Shown here in pieces: positions 39,480-48,253 of a stretch of 64,000 bases of DNA. Positions within the stretch are counted from its first letter, which is position 1. Every line of letters begins with the position of its first letter. A program made the translations under genes and the position numbers. Source of the DNA: an uncultured Eubacteriales bacterium (lineage in GTDB: Bacteria; Bacillota; Peptococcia; Peptococcales; SKKY01); the NCBI GenBank assembly GCA_964642925.1, contig CAZXPJ010000001.1, positions 93,608-157,607 of the forward strand. The letters are read 5' to 3'. The notes below the pieces were generated by a model. The model was not told the origin of the DNA. It worked only from the letters and a program-made list of their open reading frames with translations, and made no database searches.

Positions 39480-41591
39480 ATGCTTAAGAATAAAATTTCT
39501 ATAAACACCAATCTTTTTACTTTTTTAATTTTAACTATTTGTTTCTTTACTTTCTTAACTGTGCCTAGCTTTGCTCAAACTAGTCCCAGGTTAATTATTG
39601 ATAGAGAAACTATCAATTCTAACCCAGGTCCTATTATTGAAAATGGGCGAACCTTAGTACCAATAAGAATCATCTCCGAAAAACTAGGAGCTCTAGTTAC
39701 TTGGGATGAAATTAATCGTACTGTTCTAATTGAACAAGGAAGCAAGTCCGTGGTTTTGAAGATTGACAGCTTAATCTTTGAAGTAGGAAAGGGAAGTAAT
39801 AAGCTGGATACCTCCGATGTTCCAGCTAAGATAATCAAAGATCGTACCTTTGTACCCTTAAGATTAATTAGTAACGTTCTAGGAGCAGAAATACTCTGGG
39901 ACCACCCTACTAAAACAATCACGATTGACTCCAAAGTTACGGTAGCTTATTCACCTTACTCAGATTTGAATGTTGTCCTTTCACCTTCTACAGAAAACAT
40001 CACTGGAAAAACAAATTTATCTTTATCTTTAAATAAAGAAATACCAGCAGGGGCTTCTGAAGTTAGGTATTTCCTTCTTGACCCTATAACAAGAAAGGGC
40101 CAGGCTATTGCCCGGGGTAGTAATATTAAGGGAACTTATTCCTGGCTCCCGGAGCCGGACAAACAAGGGGAAAAAATTATTTTTGCTGCCTTATATAATG
40201 ACCAAGGTGATTATATAACCGGAGGTTCAACTTTTGTAAATATCGCTTTGAATCCACAAATTACCTTAACTTCACCTAAAAATGGAGGTCTTATAAGTCA
40301 AAGTCCTGTAACATTTCAAGCAGATTTAAATTTTGCTCCAAAATCCATTAAATATGAATTAACTTACATGGATAGGGATAAAAAAATTATCACCGATGAA
40401 TCTGATCCTTATGGCCCCTATACTTGGTCCTTCATGGCGGAGGATAATGGCCTTATCTCTTTAAAGGCAATTGCTTATGATCAAAAGGGCACTCCTTATG
40501 AGAGTTCTCCTATCCAAATAGAGACAAACTTAGAAAAAAAATTAGCCTTAGCAGGAGTTAAAAGCGGAACCACAATCCAGAAACCAGTTATCCTTTCTGC
40601 TAATCGAAATTTTCAGGTAAGTGAAACTCAATATCTTAAAAGAGATCCTATAACTCAAGTGGAAACCATCCTATTTACTTCAGGATACGGATCCTACAAG
40701 TGGTTTCCTAGACCAGAGGATAGTGGTAATAGGGAACTTTATGTGAGAATAAAAGACACTAGAAACAATTCTATTACTAGTGAGCCTGTCTATGTAACTA
40801 TTGTTGGAACACCAAAAATTATTCTTGAAGGTGTTGGACCTAATCAAGTTCTTACAGGAAGTCAAAAACTTAAAATAGACACGAATGTAGAAGCAAGTGA
40901 TTTAAAAGTTTACCTAGAAAACCCTGCTAAGGGTAGTCGTAAAATAATCTCCACTAATATAATTCCAGGAGAAGAATTTAACTGGATACCCACTTCTGAA
41001 GATAGTGGAAACAGGCTTATTTATGCAGAAGGGTCTTATCAAGGACAAAAATTAACAAGTGAAAAAGTTAGTTTCCGCATTTATTTAGGAACAATTTATA
41101 CAGCAAAACCTATAACTGAAAAAAGTAATTTCCAAAGTTTTTCTTCTGAATTAGCTTTGAATTCTGCTTCTAAAACCGGTATGTCTGCAGCCTTACAAAC
41201 CGCTCAGGCCATCTTAGAGACGGGCTGGGGACAAAGCCTTCCTGTAGATAAATATTCAGGCAAGTTCTCTTACAACCTTTTCGGAATAAAAGGAAAAGGT
41301 CCTGCTGGCTCTGTTACTTCCAATACTTGGGAAGAATATAATGGAGTATCTTTTAGGACTGACGCAGATTTTAGAGCCTATAATAATATTAATCAAAGTT
41401 GGGATGACCATAAAAACCTACTTTTAAAGGCTCAAAGATATTCTATTTTCAGAGATGTAATGCATAATAGTACTCAAGGGGCTTGGGCATTAAGAAGAGC
41501 CGGCTATGCCACCGACTCTAAATATCCTCTAAAACTTATTGATATTATTAAAACTTATAATCTTGATAAATTAGATGAAGTGTCCTTTTAA
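39480..41591 (+). CDS. Secreted multidomain cell-wall hydrolase: Cu-amine-oxidase-N-like stalk, four Ig-like repeats and a GH73 N-acetylglucosaminidase
   Basis: 703 aa. Signal peptide. Two GRTLVPIR/DRTFVPLR...LGA...W half-repeats. Four ~90-aa modules each with a [YF]xW.P...D.G motif. C-terminal AQAILETGWGQS...YNLFGIKG glucosaminidase signature. Confidence 0.75.
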   Translation: MLKNKISINTNLFTFLILTICFFTFLTVPSFAQTSPRLIIDRETINSNPGPIIENGRTLVPIRIISEKLGALVTWDEINRTVLIEQGSKSVVLKIDSLIFEVGKGSNKLDTSDVPAKIIKDRTFVPLRLISNVLGAEILWDHPTKTITIDSKVTVAYSPYSDLNVVLSPSTENITGKTNLSLSLNKEIPAGASEVRYFLLDPITRKGQAIARGSNIKGTYSWLPEPDKQGEKIIFAALYNDQGDYITGGSTFVNIALNPQITLTSPKNGGLISQSPVTFQADLNFAPKSIKYELTYMDRDKKIITDESDPYGPYTWSFMAEDNGLISLKAIAYDQKGTPYESSPIQIETNLEKKLALAGVKSGTTIQKPVILSANRNFQVSETQYLKRDPITQVETILFTSGYGSYKWFPRPEDSGNRELYVRIKDTRNNSITSEPVYVTIVGTPKIILEGVGPNQVLTGSQKLKIDTNVEASDLKVYLENPAKGSRKIISTNIIPGEEFNWIPTSEDSGNRLIYAEGSYQGQKLTSEKVSFRIYLGTIYTAKPITEKSNFQSFSSELALNSASKTGMSAALQTAQAILETGWGQSLPVDKYSGKFSYNLFGIKGKGPAGSVTSNTWEEYNGVSFRTDADFRAYNNINQSWDDHKNLLLKAQRYSIFRDVMHNSTQGAWALRRAGYATDSKYPLKLIDIIKTYNLDKLDEVSF

Positions 41592-43171
41592 TCTTGATAG
41601 CTAGATGTAATTTTCAGGAGCTCCTCTTTTACTAGGGGAGCTTCATCATTATCTGCAAGCATAATAAGACAATCTCCAGAGTTTATTAAAAAGTTCCCAT
41701 CAGGAATCAACTCTCGTTCTCCTCGCCTTATACTGACAATTAAAAATCTTTCTGGCCATCTTATGTCTTTTACTTTCTTTCCATCAACTTCTGAGCCCCC
41801 CATTACAGGAACCTCCATAATGGTTTTACCTTCACTTTTTTTCTTATTTTTCTCTATGGGATTTTTATCTTTGTCCAACATTCTCTCCAAAAGAGTTTCA
41901 TAGATTGCCTTGGAACCAATCACATCTGCAGTAATATATGATGTAAGACATATGGTTATTAAAGCAAGAAGATGACTAAAGGTTCCTGTCATTTCCATAA
42001 TTAAAATAGTTCCAGTAATTGGTGCCTTTACCACAGCAGTAAAAAAAGCTGCCATAGCTAAGGTCATAAAATTAAGGACTAAATCTCCACTAATAAGATC
42101 AAAACTATAAAGAATCTCACCGATTCCTTTTCCAGCTAAAGCTCCTAAGACTAGCATAGGTAAAAATATCCCACCAGGTACCCCAGCTCCATAAGAAATC
42201 CCAGTAAATAACAATTTTACTATAAATAGGAAAAATATAAAGCCTACTGCTAAATGTCCTGCGCTTAAATCATCAATAAGATGATGTCCTCCCCCTAATA
42301 CTTCCGGTAAAAGAAAACCTAAAATTCCGGAGATAAGAAGGGGTAAAACTGGTTTAAAGATTTCTTTAATTGAAGTACTCTCACTATAGTTTTTTTGTAC
42401 AAATAGCAGTACCCAGTTAAATAGTTTTCCTAGAAAGCCAATTAATATTCCCAGTAATATTACATAAAAATATTTAGAAAGGGGTATTGCTTCCATTTCA
42501 GCAAATTGGAAAACTGGACCTAATCCAAAAAAATAACGGGACACGAAATCTCCAGTTACAGAAGCTGCCATTGCTGACATTAGTAATACGGGGGATATAT
42601 ATTTATGTAGTTCTTCTAAAGCAAACATTACTCCTGCTAGTGGGGCATTAAAGGCAGAAGCCAAGCCAGCACAAGCACCAGCTGTTACCAAAAACTTTTC
42701 CTCTACCGGTAGTCTTTTATTAAGCCGACTAAAACCTAAACCTGTCTCAGCACCAATTTGTACTGATGGGCCCTCTCTTCCAAGAGATAGACCGAAACCT
42801 AAGGCAATTACTCCACCAACAAATTTAGCAATAATATCTCTAAACCAATCTAATTTCACTTGGTGAATTAAGAAGCCTTTTATTTGAGGTATTCCACTTC
42901 CTTTAGACATGGGTGCTAGTTTAATTATATAACCCAAGAATACGCCAATTAATCCTAGGAAGACAAACCAAAAAAGAATAGTAATAAAGGATTTGCTCCC
43001 TAAGCTAGCATAGATAAATCCCCTATATTTATCTCCTAAACTAATAGCTATTCTATAAAAAACTATAACTAAGCCTGTTAATAATCCTATAATAATTCCT
43101 TGTAATACTAATTTTAAATTAAAAGAATACCAATCCTTCAAAATACCTGATGTTCCTTTTTCCTTATTCAT
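41588..43171 (-). CDS. ClC-family chloride channel/H+-Cl- antiporter with C-terminal RCK_C (TrkA-C) domain
   Basis: 527 aa. GSGIPQ and GREGP selectivity motifs, GIFLP, C-terminal TrkA-C-like domain (LIVSIRRGERELIPDGNFLINSGDCLIMLA). Confidence 0.85.
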   Translation of the reverse strand: MNKEKGTSGILKDWYSFNLKLVLQGIIIGLLTGLVIVFYRIAISLGDKYRGFIYASLGSKSFITILFWFVFLGLIGVFLGYIIKLAPMSKGSGIPQIKGFLIHQVKLDWFRDIIAKFVGGVIALGFGLSLGREGPSVQIGAETGLGFSRLNKRLPVEEKFLVTAGACAGLASAFNAPLAGVMFALEELHKYISPVLLMSAMAASVTGDFVSRYFFGLGPVFQFAEMEAIPLSKYFYVILLGILIGFLGKLFNWVLLFVQKNYSESTSIKEIFKPVLPLLISGILGFLLPEVLGGGHHLIDDLSAGHLAVGFIFFLFIVKLLFTGISYGAGVPGGIFLPMLVLGALAGKGIGEILYSFDLISGDLVLNFMTLAMAAFFTAVVKAPITGTILIMEMTGTFSHLLALITICLTSYITADVIGSKAIYETLLERMLDKDKNPIEKNKKKSEGKTIMEVPVMGGSEVDGKKVKDIRWPERFLIVSIRRGERELIPDGNFLINSGDCLIMLADNDEAPLVKEELLKITSSYQD

Positions 43172-43222
43172 TACAAATCTCCTGTTCTTACAGCATTTAT
43201 TTCATTTTAGCCCTAAAACAAA

Positions 43223-43260
43223 GAAAAAAGTTCCTGGAAATAGTAAAGCTTTTCCAGGAA
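43223..43260 (-). terminator. Intrinsic terminator downstream of typA
   Basis: TTCCTGGAAA / TTTCCAGGAA, a 10-bp stem followed on the minus strand by CTTTTTTC. Confidence 0.75.
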
Positions 43261-43281
43261 ACCTTTTTTATTATTATTTTA

Positions 43282-45111
43282 TTAAGCTCCTCGTTCAGCT
43301 TTTTTATTCTTAATATATTTATCTCTTTGAGTTTTTGTTAGAAGAATTTTTCTCAAACGGAAAGATTTAGGTGTTATTTCAAGATATTCATCTTCCGCAA
43401 GATATGTCAAAGCTTGCTCCAAACTTAAAGATTTTTTACCTTTTAATTTAATAGCATCATCTTTCCCTGATGAACGAACATTTGTCTGTTGTTTCATTTT
43501 ACATACATTTAAGGTAAGGTCATCGTCTTTCTTATTTTCTCCTATAATCATACCTTCATAAACTTCAAGGCCAGGATCAACAAAAAGAGTTCCTCTTTCT
43601 TCTGCAGCTTGTAGAGCATAGCCTGTTGTTGTTCCAGCTTCCCAAGAAACTAGGACCCCATTTTTACGATCTCCAATCTCTCCACTCATTGGTCTGTAAT
43701 CAATAAAGGCGTGATTTAATATTCCATATCCTCTAGTTTCTGTGAGGAAATCTGTTCTAAGACCAATTACTCCTCTGGAAGGAATTTCATATTTTAATTT
43801 CACGATTCCATTAGTATTAACCATTTCAAGCATATCTGCTTTTTTCCTATTAAGAAGATCCATTACAGCTCCTAAGTGAGCTTCTGGTGTTTCTACAAAA
43901 AGAAGTTCATACGGTTCCATTTTTTTACCATTTACTTCTTTTACAATAATCTGAGGTCTAGAAACTTGAAATTCAATTCCTTCACGACGAAATTTTTCAA
44001 TAATTACAGCTAAGTGTAATTCTCCTCTTCCGGCAACATTAAAGACTTCAGCCTTATCTGTTTTTTCTACTTTTAAAGAAACATCAGTATGTTTTTCTTT
44101 TAACAATCTTGCTTCAAGCTTTCTAGCTGTATAAGGATCTCCTTCTTTACCAGCAAAAGGAGAATCATTGACAAGAAAGTTCATTTGTAATGTAGGCTCT
44201 TCTATTACTACTCTCTCTAATGCCTTGGCTTTACCAACTTCGCAGATAGTATCGCCAACATTAATTTCGCCCATCCCAGCAATAGCAACAATTTGTCCAG
44301 TTTCTGCTTCTTCTACTTCGATACGTTTTAATCCAGAAAAAGCAAATAGTTTTGTTATTTTCTGTCTATCAGATTTTCCGTCAGCTTTAGTAATTTCCAC
44401 AGGCATGTTTAATTTAATTCGCCCGTTTCTTACTACACCTATGCCTATTTTTCCAAGAAAATCACTGTAGTCTAAAAGAGTAATTTGGAATTGCAGGTCT
44501 TCCTCAGCATCTCCTGCTGGGGGAGCAATATGTCTAACTATTTCTTCAAATAAAGGTACAAAATCCGTTCCTAGGCTATCTGGAGTAGTAGAAGCTATTC
44601 CACGAATCCCAGAAGCATAAAGTACAGGGAAATCTAATTGTTCATCATCTGCACCTAATTCAATAAATAAATCAATTACTTCATCAATAACCTCCGTTGG
44701 TCTGATAAAATCTTTGTCCATTTTATTAATTACAACAATTGGCTTTAAGTTCTCTTCAAGAGCCTTTTTCAAAACAAATTTTGTTTGAGGCATACAACCC
44801 TCATAGGCATCAATTACTAGCAGAACTCCATTTACCATTTTCATGATACGTTCAACTTCTCCACCAAAATCTGCGTGACCTGGTGTATCTATAATATTAA
44901 TTCTGTAATCGCCATAATCAACAGCTGTGTTTTTTGCTAAAATTGTAATTCCTTTTTCTTTTTCAAGGTCATTATTGTCCATAACTCTCTCTACTATCTT
45001 TTCATTACTGCGAAAATTACCAGTTTGCATCAACATTTTATCTACCAAGGTTGTTTTACCATGGTCAACGTGAGCGATTATAGCAATGTTTCTTATTAAA
45101 TCCTTTTTCAA
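43282..45111 (-). CDS. typA: Translational GTPase TypA/BipA
   Basis: AHVDHGKTT, DTPGHADF, NKMD. I prefer TTG 45111 (MKKDLIRNIAIIAHVDHGKTT), with GGGAGG 6 nt upstream, over the track ATG 45126, which lies inside a T-run. Confidence 0.95.
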   Translation of the reverse strand: MKKDLIRNIAIIAHVDHGKTTLVDKMLMQTGNFRSNEKIVERVMDNNDLEKEKGITILAKNTAVDYGDYRINIIDTPGHADFGGEVERIMKMVNGVLLVIDAYEGCMPQTKFVLKKALEENLKPIVVINKMDKDFIRPTEVIDEVIDLFIELGADDEQLDFPVLYASGIRGIASTTPDSLGTDFVPLFEEIVRHIAPPAGDAEEDLQFQITLLDYSDFLGKIGIGVVRNGRIKLNMPVEITKADGKSDRQKITKLFAFSGLKRIEVEEAETGQIVAIAGMGEINVGDTICEVGKAKALERVVIEEPTLQMNFLVNDSPFAGKEGDPYTARKLEARLLKEKHTDVSLKVEKTDKAEVFNVAGRGELHLAVIIEKFRREGIEFQVSRPQIIVKEVNGKKMEPYELLFVETPEAHLGAVMDLLNRKKADMLEMVNTNGIVKLKYEIPSRGVIGLRTDFLTETRGYGILNHAFIDYRPMSGEIGDRKNGVLVSWEAGTTTGYALQAAEERGTLFVDPGLEVYEGMIIGENKKDDDLTLNVCKMKQQTNVRSSGKDDAIKLKGKKSLSLEQALTYLAEDEYLEITPKSFRLRKILLTKTQRDKYIKNKKAERGA

Positions 45112-45125
45112 AGTTATTCCTCCCA

Positions 45126-45151
45126 TAAAAAATAGAGCCTTTTGGCTCTAT
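45126..45151 (-). terminator. Terminator/attenuator hairpin directly upstream of the typA RBS
   Basis: Minus strand: ATAGAGCC-aaaa-GGCTCTAT followed by TTTTT and then GGGAGG. Confidence 0.6.
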
Positions 45152-45219
45152 AACGATCATATAGCTTTATAATTATATATACTAATTTGCCATAGCGCAA
45201 TGTTTTTTTTAGCTTTTTA

Positions 45220-46041
45220 TTATAATTTCTCTACTAATTTCTCTATTCTTTCCATATTTTTTCCATTATATTCCTCAATTTTACCTTGATTAGCTAAAGC
45301 TATTAGGTCTGGATCTGTCTCTAAAGATGTTATTAATTTAAGGCCGCATTCTTCTGCCATGGCTCCAGCAAAGCTCTCTCCAAAGGGTTTAATAATTTCA
45401 CTACAGCCTGGGCAGGTAATATAGGCCATATTTTCTACTACTCCCAGCACGGGAATTTCCATTTTTTCCATCATTTTTATGGATTTTTTAACTATAAGAT
45501 TTGTTACATCCTGAGGTCCTGTTACCATAATTACCTCATCTACAGGTATTATTTGCATTACAGTCAAAGGAATATCCCCAGTTCCAGGGGGCAAATCAAT
45601 TAGTAAATAATCTAAATGAGCCCAGATTACCTCTTCCCAAAACTGCTTAATTACCCCAGAAAGAATAGGTCCTCTCCATAAAACTGGGTCTCCTTGATTT
45701 TCTAAAAGTAAATTAACTGACATTATTATAACATTATTTTTGCTTTTTACAGGAAGAATACCTAATTCCATTTGCTCTGGAATAGCATCTACTCCGAACA
45801 ATCTAGGAATACTTGGCCCTGTAAGGTCTGCATCTAAGATTCCTACTTTATAACCTTTTCTACTTAAAGCTATTGCTGTTAAAGCAGTTACGGAGGATTT
45901 TCCTACTCCCCCTTTACCACTAGCAACACCAATTACTTTATTAATATTATTAGTAATTCCATTCCCGATCTTATCTTCAGGAATATCTGTTCTTTTTTTC
46001 TTATTATGACTATGTCCCACAAGAAACACCCTCTTTTCCAA
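45220..46041 (-). CDS. mrp: Mrp/ApbC/NBP35-family Fe-S cluster carrier ATPase
   Basis: 273 aa. Deviant Walker A SGKGGVGKSS, DLPPGTGD, and a CPGC motif for the bridging cluster. Confidence 0.85.
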   Translation of the reverse strand: MEKRVFLVGHSHNKKKRTDIPEDKIGNGITNNINKVIGVASGKGGVGKSSVTALTAIALSRKGYKVGILDADLTGPSIPRLFGVDAIPEQMELGILPVKSKNNVIIMSVNLLLENQGDPVLWRGPILSGVIKQFWEEVIWAHLDYLLIDLPPGTGDIPLTVMQIIPVDEVIMVTGPQDVTNLIVKKSIKMMEKMEIPVLGVVENMAYITCPGCSEIIKPFGESFAGAMAEECGLKLITSLETDPDLIALANQGKIEEYNGKNMERIEKLVEKL

Positions 46042-46071
46042 GTAATATATCTATTCTAAGCCATTTTCAAA

Positions 46072-46100
46072 GAAAAAAAAAGACCCACATAAAAGTGGGC
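46072..46100 (-). terminator. Intrinsic terminator downstream of the 6-TM channel gene
   Basis: Minus strand: GCCCAC-ttttat-GTGGGT followed by a 9-T run. Confidence 0.6.
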
Positions 46101-46137
46101 TAATTGACTAACTAATTTTTAAGCCTTTAAATCTAAA

Positions 46138-46698
46138 CTATATTCCTAATACACCAAACATTAATGGTAAAGCAGCAAGTCCAATTGCAATATTTGTTGC
46201 TCCTGCAATTTTTGTTAACATTGGGTTTGGCTTATACCATGCAAAAGGAAGGATTGCTGTTAAAACATTTATTAATAATAGCACTACTCCAAGAGCACCA
46301 AAATTGCCATTAACCATAATATGCTTATATGCAAGTACTCCAGTCATAAAGAAAATAGTTACAAAAAAGTGCGCATATACTTTTTTATCTCCTGGATTAA
46401 AGAAATGCATAGCAACTACTACCCAAAATAAACCATATGTAGCAAAAACTGTACCTGAAAAAAGTCTAGCTTCTGGTGGAATACCCATATCAAAAAAGAA
46501 CATGCAAAAAGCAGTAAATAATTGACCTCCGCCACCAAAAATTAATGCGATATTTGCAAGACTTCTATTCAGTCCTACATGATCAGTGTTTTCATCTACA
46601 CCGATTCCGATCTGTTCAAGACCTAATAACCATACTGTAACACAAAGACCAAAAACACCTATTGCTTCTGGATTTACAACATTTAATGACACAGACAT
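46138..46698 (-). CDS. 6-TM channel of the GPR1/FUN34/YaaH (SatP) - AmiS/UreI superfamily (putative short-chain carboxylate/amide channel)
   Basis: 186 aa. The N-terminal NPEAIGVFGL resembles the YaaH NPAPLGL motif. FGGGGQLF...YGLFW resembles the SatP FYGGIAQIF...YGSFW. The family assignment is approximate. Confidence 0.5.
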   Translation of the reverse strand: MSVSLNVVNPEAIGVFGLCVTVWLLGLEQIGIGVDENTDHVGLNRSLANIALIFGGGGQLFTAFCMFFFDMGIPPEARLFSGTVFATYGLFWVVVAMHFFNPGDKKVYAHFFVTIFFMTGVLAYKHIMVNGNFGALGVVLLLINVLTAILPFAWYKPNPMLTKIAGATNIAIGLAALPLMFGVLGI

Positions 46699-46873
46699 CT
46701 CTCCTATTTTTTCTTTTTTAGTTAGTCAAACTCTTTTTTTGAAAACAGTAAATTTCCAATTTCATAATAAAATCATTGAAGAATTTTTACATTTTCAATT
46801 TCAATTGATAATTATACTCTCAATGATCTAAAATGGCAAGATGAAGAAAGGTATTTATCTAGCTTCAAAGGAC

Positions 46874-46910
46874 AAAAAAGAGGACAAGGTTAGTGTTAAC
46901 CTTGTCCTCA
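46874..46910 (-). terminator. Intrinsic terminator downstream of the MFS transporter gene
   Basis: GAGGACAAGG / CCTTGTCCTC, a 10-bp stem followed on the minus strand by TTTTTTG. Confidence 0.8.
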
Positions 46911-46932
46911 TATTTATACTTATTTTTATTAT

Positions 46933-48120
46933 TTAATTTTGGTTCATTGGTTTTAAAATGAAGCCAATAAAGGATCCTACAAAACATAATCCTGCTGCAA
47001 CATAAAAAGCTGTTTGATATGTTCCAGTAGTATCAAGAATAAATCCAGCTAACTGTGGTCCAACTATTCCCCCCACACCCCAAGCTGAAAATAGAACTCC
47101 GTAGTTCATACCAAGGTTCTTAGCACCATAAAAATCTCCTGCTGCAGAAGGATATACTGCCAGCATTGCTCCGTAACCAAAAGTAATAGCACATGCTCCT
47201 ATAACTAGAGGGATAAAACTTGTAAAAGATGAATAGAATATAAGAGCTGTTCCTTGGATTGCATAAAGAACCATCATAGTTTTAGCTCTTCCAATTTTAT
47301 CAGAAATTACTCCTGCTGCGGGTCTTCCCAAAGCGTTTGCTATGGAAGCTATCATAACTACTGCAGCTGCGTTTACAAGACCTTGTGATTGCTCAGAAAC
47401 AATTGTTGCCAGGTGACCAATTATCATAAGACCAGCTACTGCACCAACAAAGAACATAACCCATAATTGTTTAAACTGAGTAGTTTTTACCATGTCTTTC
47501 CATAAATAATCTTTACCAACTGCTTTTGCTGCTCCCCCTGAACTAACATCTGTTACAGGAGTATCAGGATTTTTAAGAGTCATACCTAAAACTATAACAA
47601 CAGTAAAAAATCCGATTCCTAAAGTTCTAAATGTTCCTGCAATACCCATAGAAGCTATCAACGCATTGGTCAATGGAGCTATGTATAAAGGTGCAAGACC
47701 AAAACCACCAACTACAAGACCTGAAATAAGTCCTTTTTTAGATGGGGCAAACCATTTTATTGCTACGGGTGTTGTAGCAGAATATCCTAAACCAATACCA
47801 GCTCCACCAAGAACACCAAAAGTAAGAGCCAATAAAACTGAAGAATCTGAAACAAAGCTTGATGCTACCATACCTGCACCAATTAAAACCCCTGCTAAAA
47901 TAACAACGAACCTAGGGCCCATCTTATCTTGCAGTCTTCCACCTGGAATCATTAATACGGCAAACATTATAATTGCAATTGTATAAGGTAATGATGCTTC
48001 TGCTGCTGTCCACCCGTTAATATTTCTAAGATTCTGCGCAAATATACTCCAAGCATAAAGAACACCAAAAGCAAGGTTAATACCAATGCCAGCTAAAACT
48101 ATAAGCCAACCTCTTTTCAT
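46933..48120 (-). CDS. MFS transporter (oxalate/formate antiporter-like, OFA family)
   Basis: 395 aa, 12 TM. GRLQDKMGPR loop motif between TM2 and TM3 and SDKIGR in the second half. Confidence 0.75.
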   Translation of the reverse strand: MKRGWLIVLAGIGINLAFGVLYAWSIFAQNLRNINGWTAAEASLPYTIAIIMFAVLMIPGGRLQDKMGPRFVVILAGVLIGAGMVASSFVSDSSVLLALTFGVLGGAGIGLGYSATTPVAIKWFAPSKKGLISGLVVGGFGLAPLYIAPLTNALIASMGIAGTFRTLGIGFFTVVIVLGMTLKNPDTPVTDVSSGGAAKAVGKDYLWKDMVKTTQFKQLWVMFFVGAVAGLMIIGHLATIVSEQSQGLVNAAAVVMIASIANALGRPAAGVISDKIGRAKTMMVLYAIQGTALIFYSSFTSFIPLVIGACAITFGYGAMLAVYPSAAGDFYGAKNLGMNYGVLFSAWGVGGIVGPQLAGFILDTTGTYQTAFYVAAGLCFVGSFIGFILKPMNQN

Positions 48121-48253
48121 AATTCAATAACACCTCCATAAAATTTAAAACACTTCCGCTATTATATCATTATTAAGGTCCTTTTGTAAATAATATATTA
48201 ATATATTTAATGTTTTATTTGTCGACTAAAAAGAGGACAATTTAAACATCATA

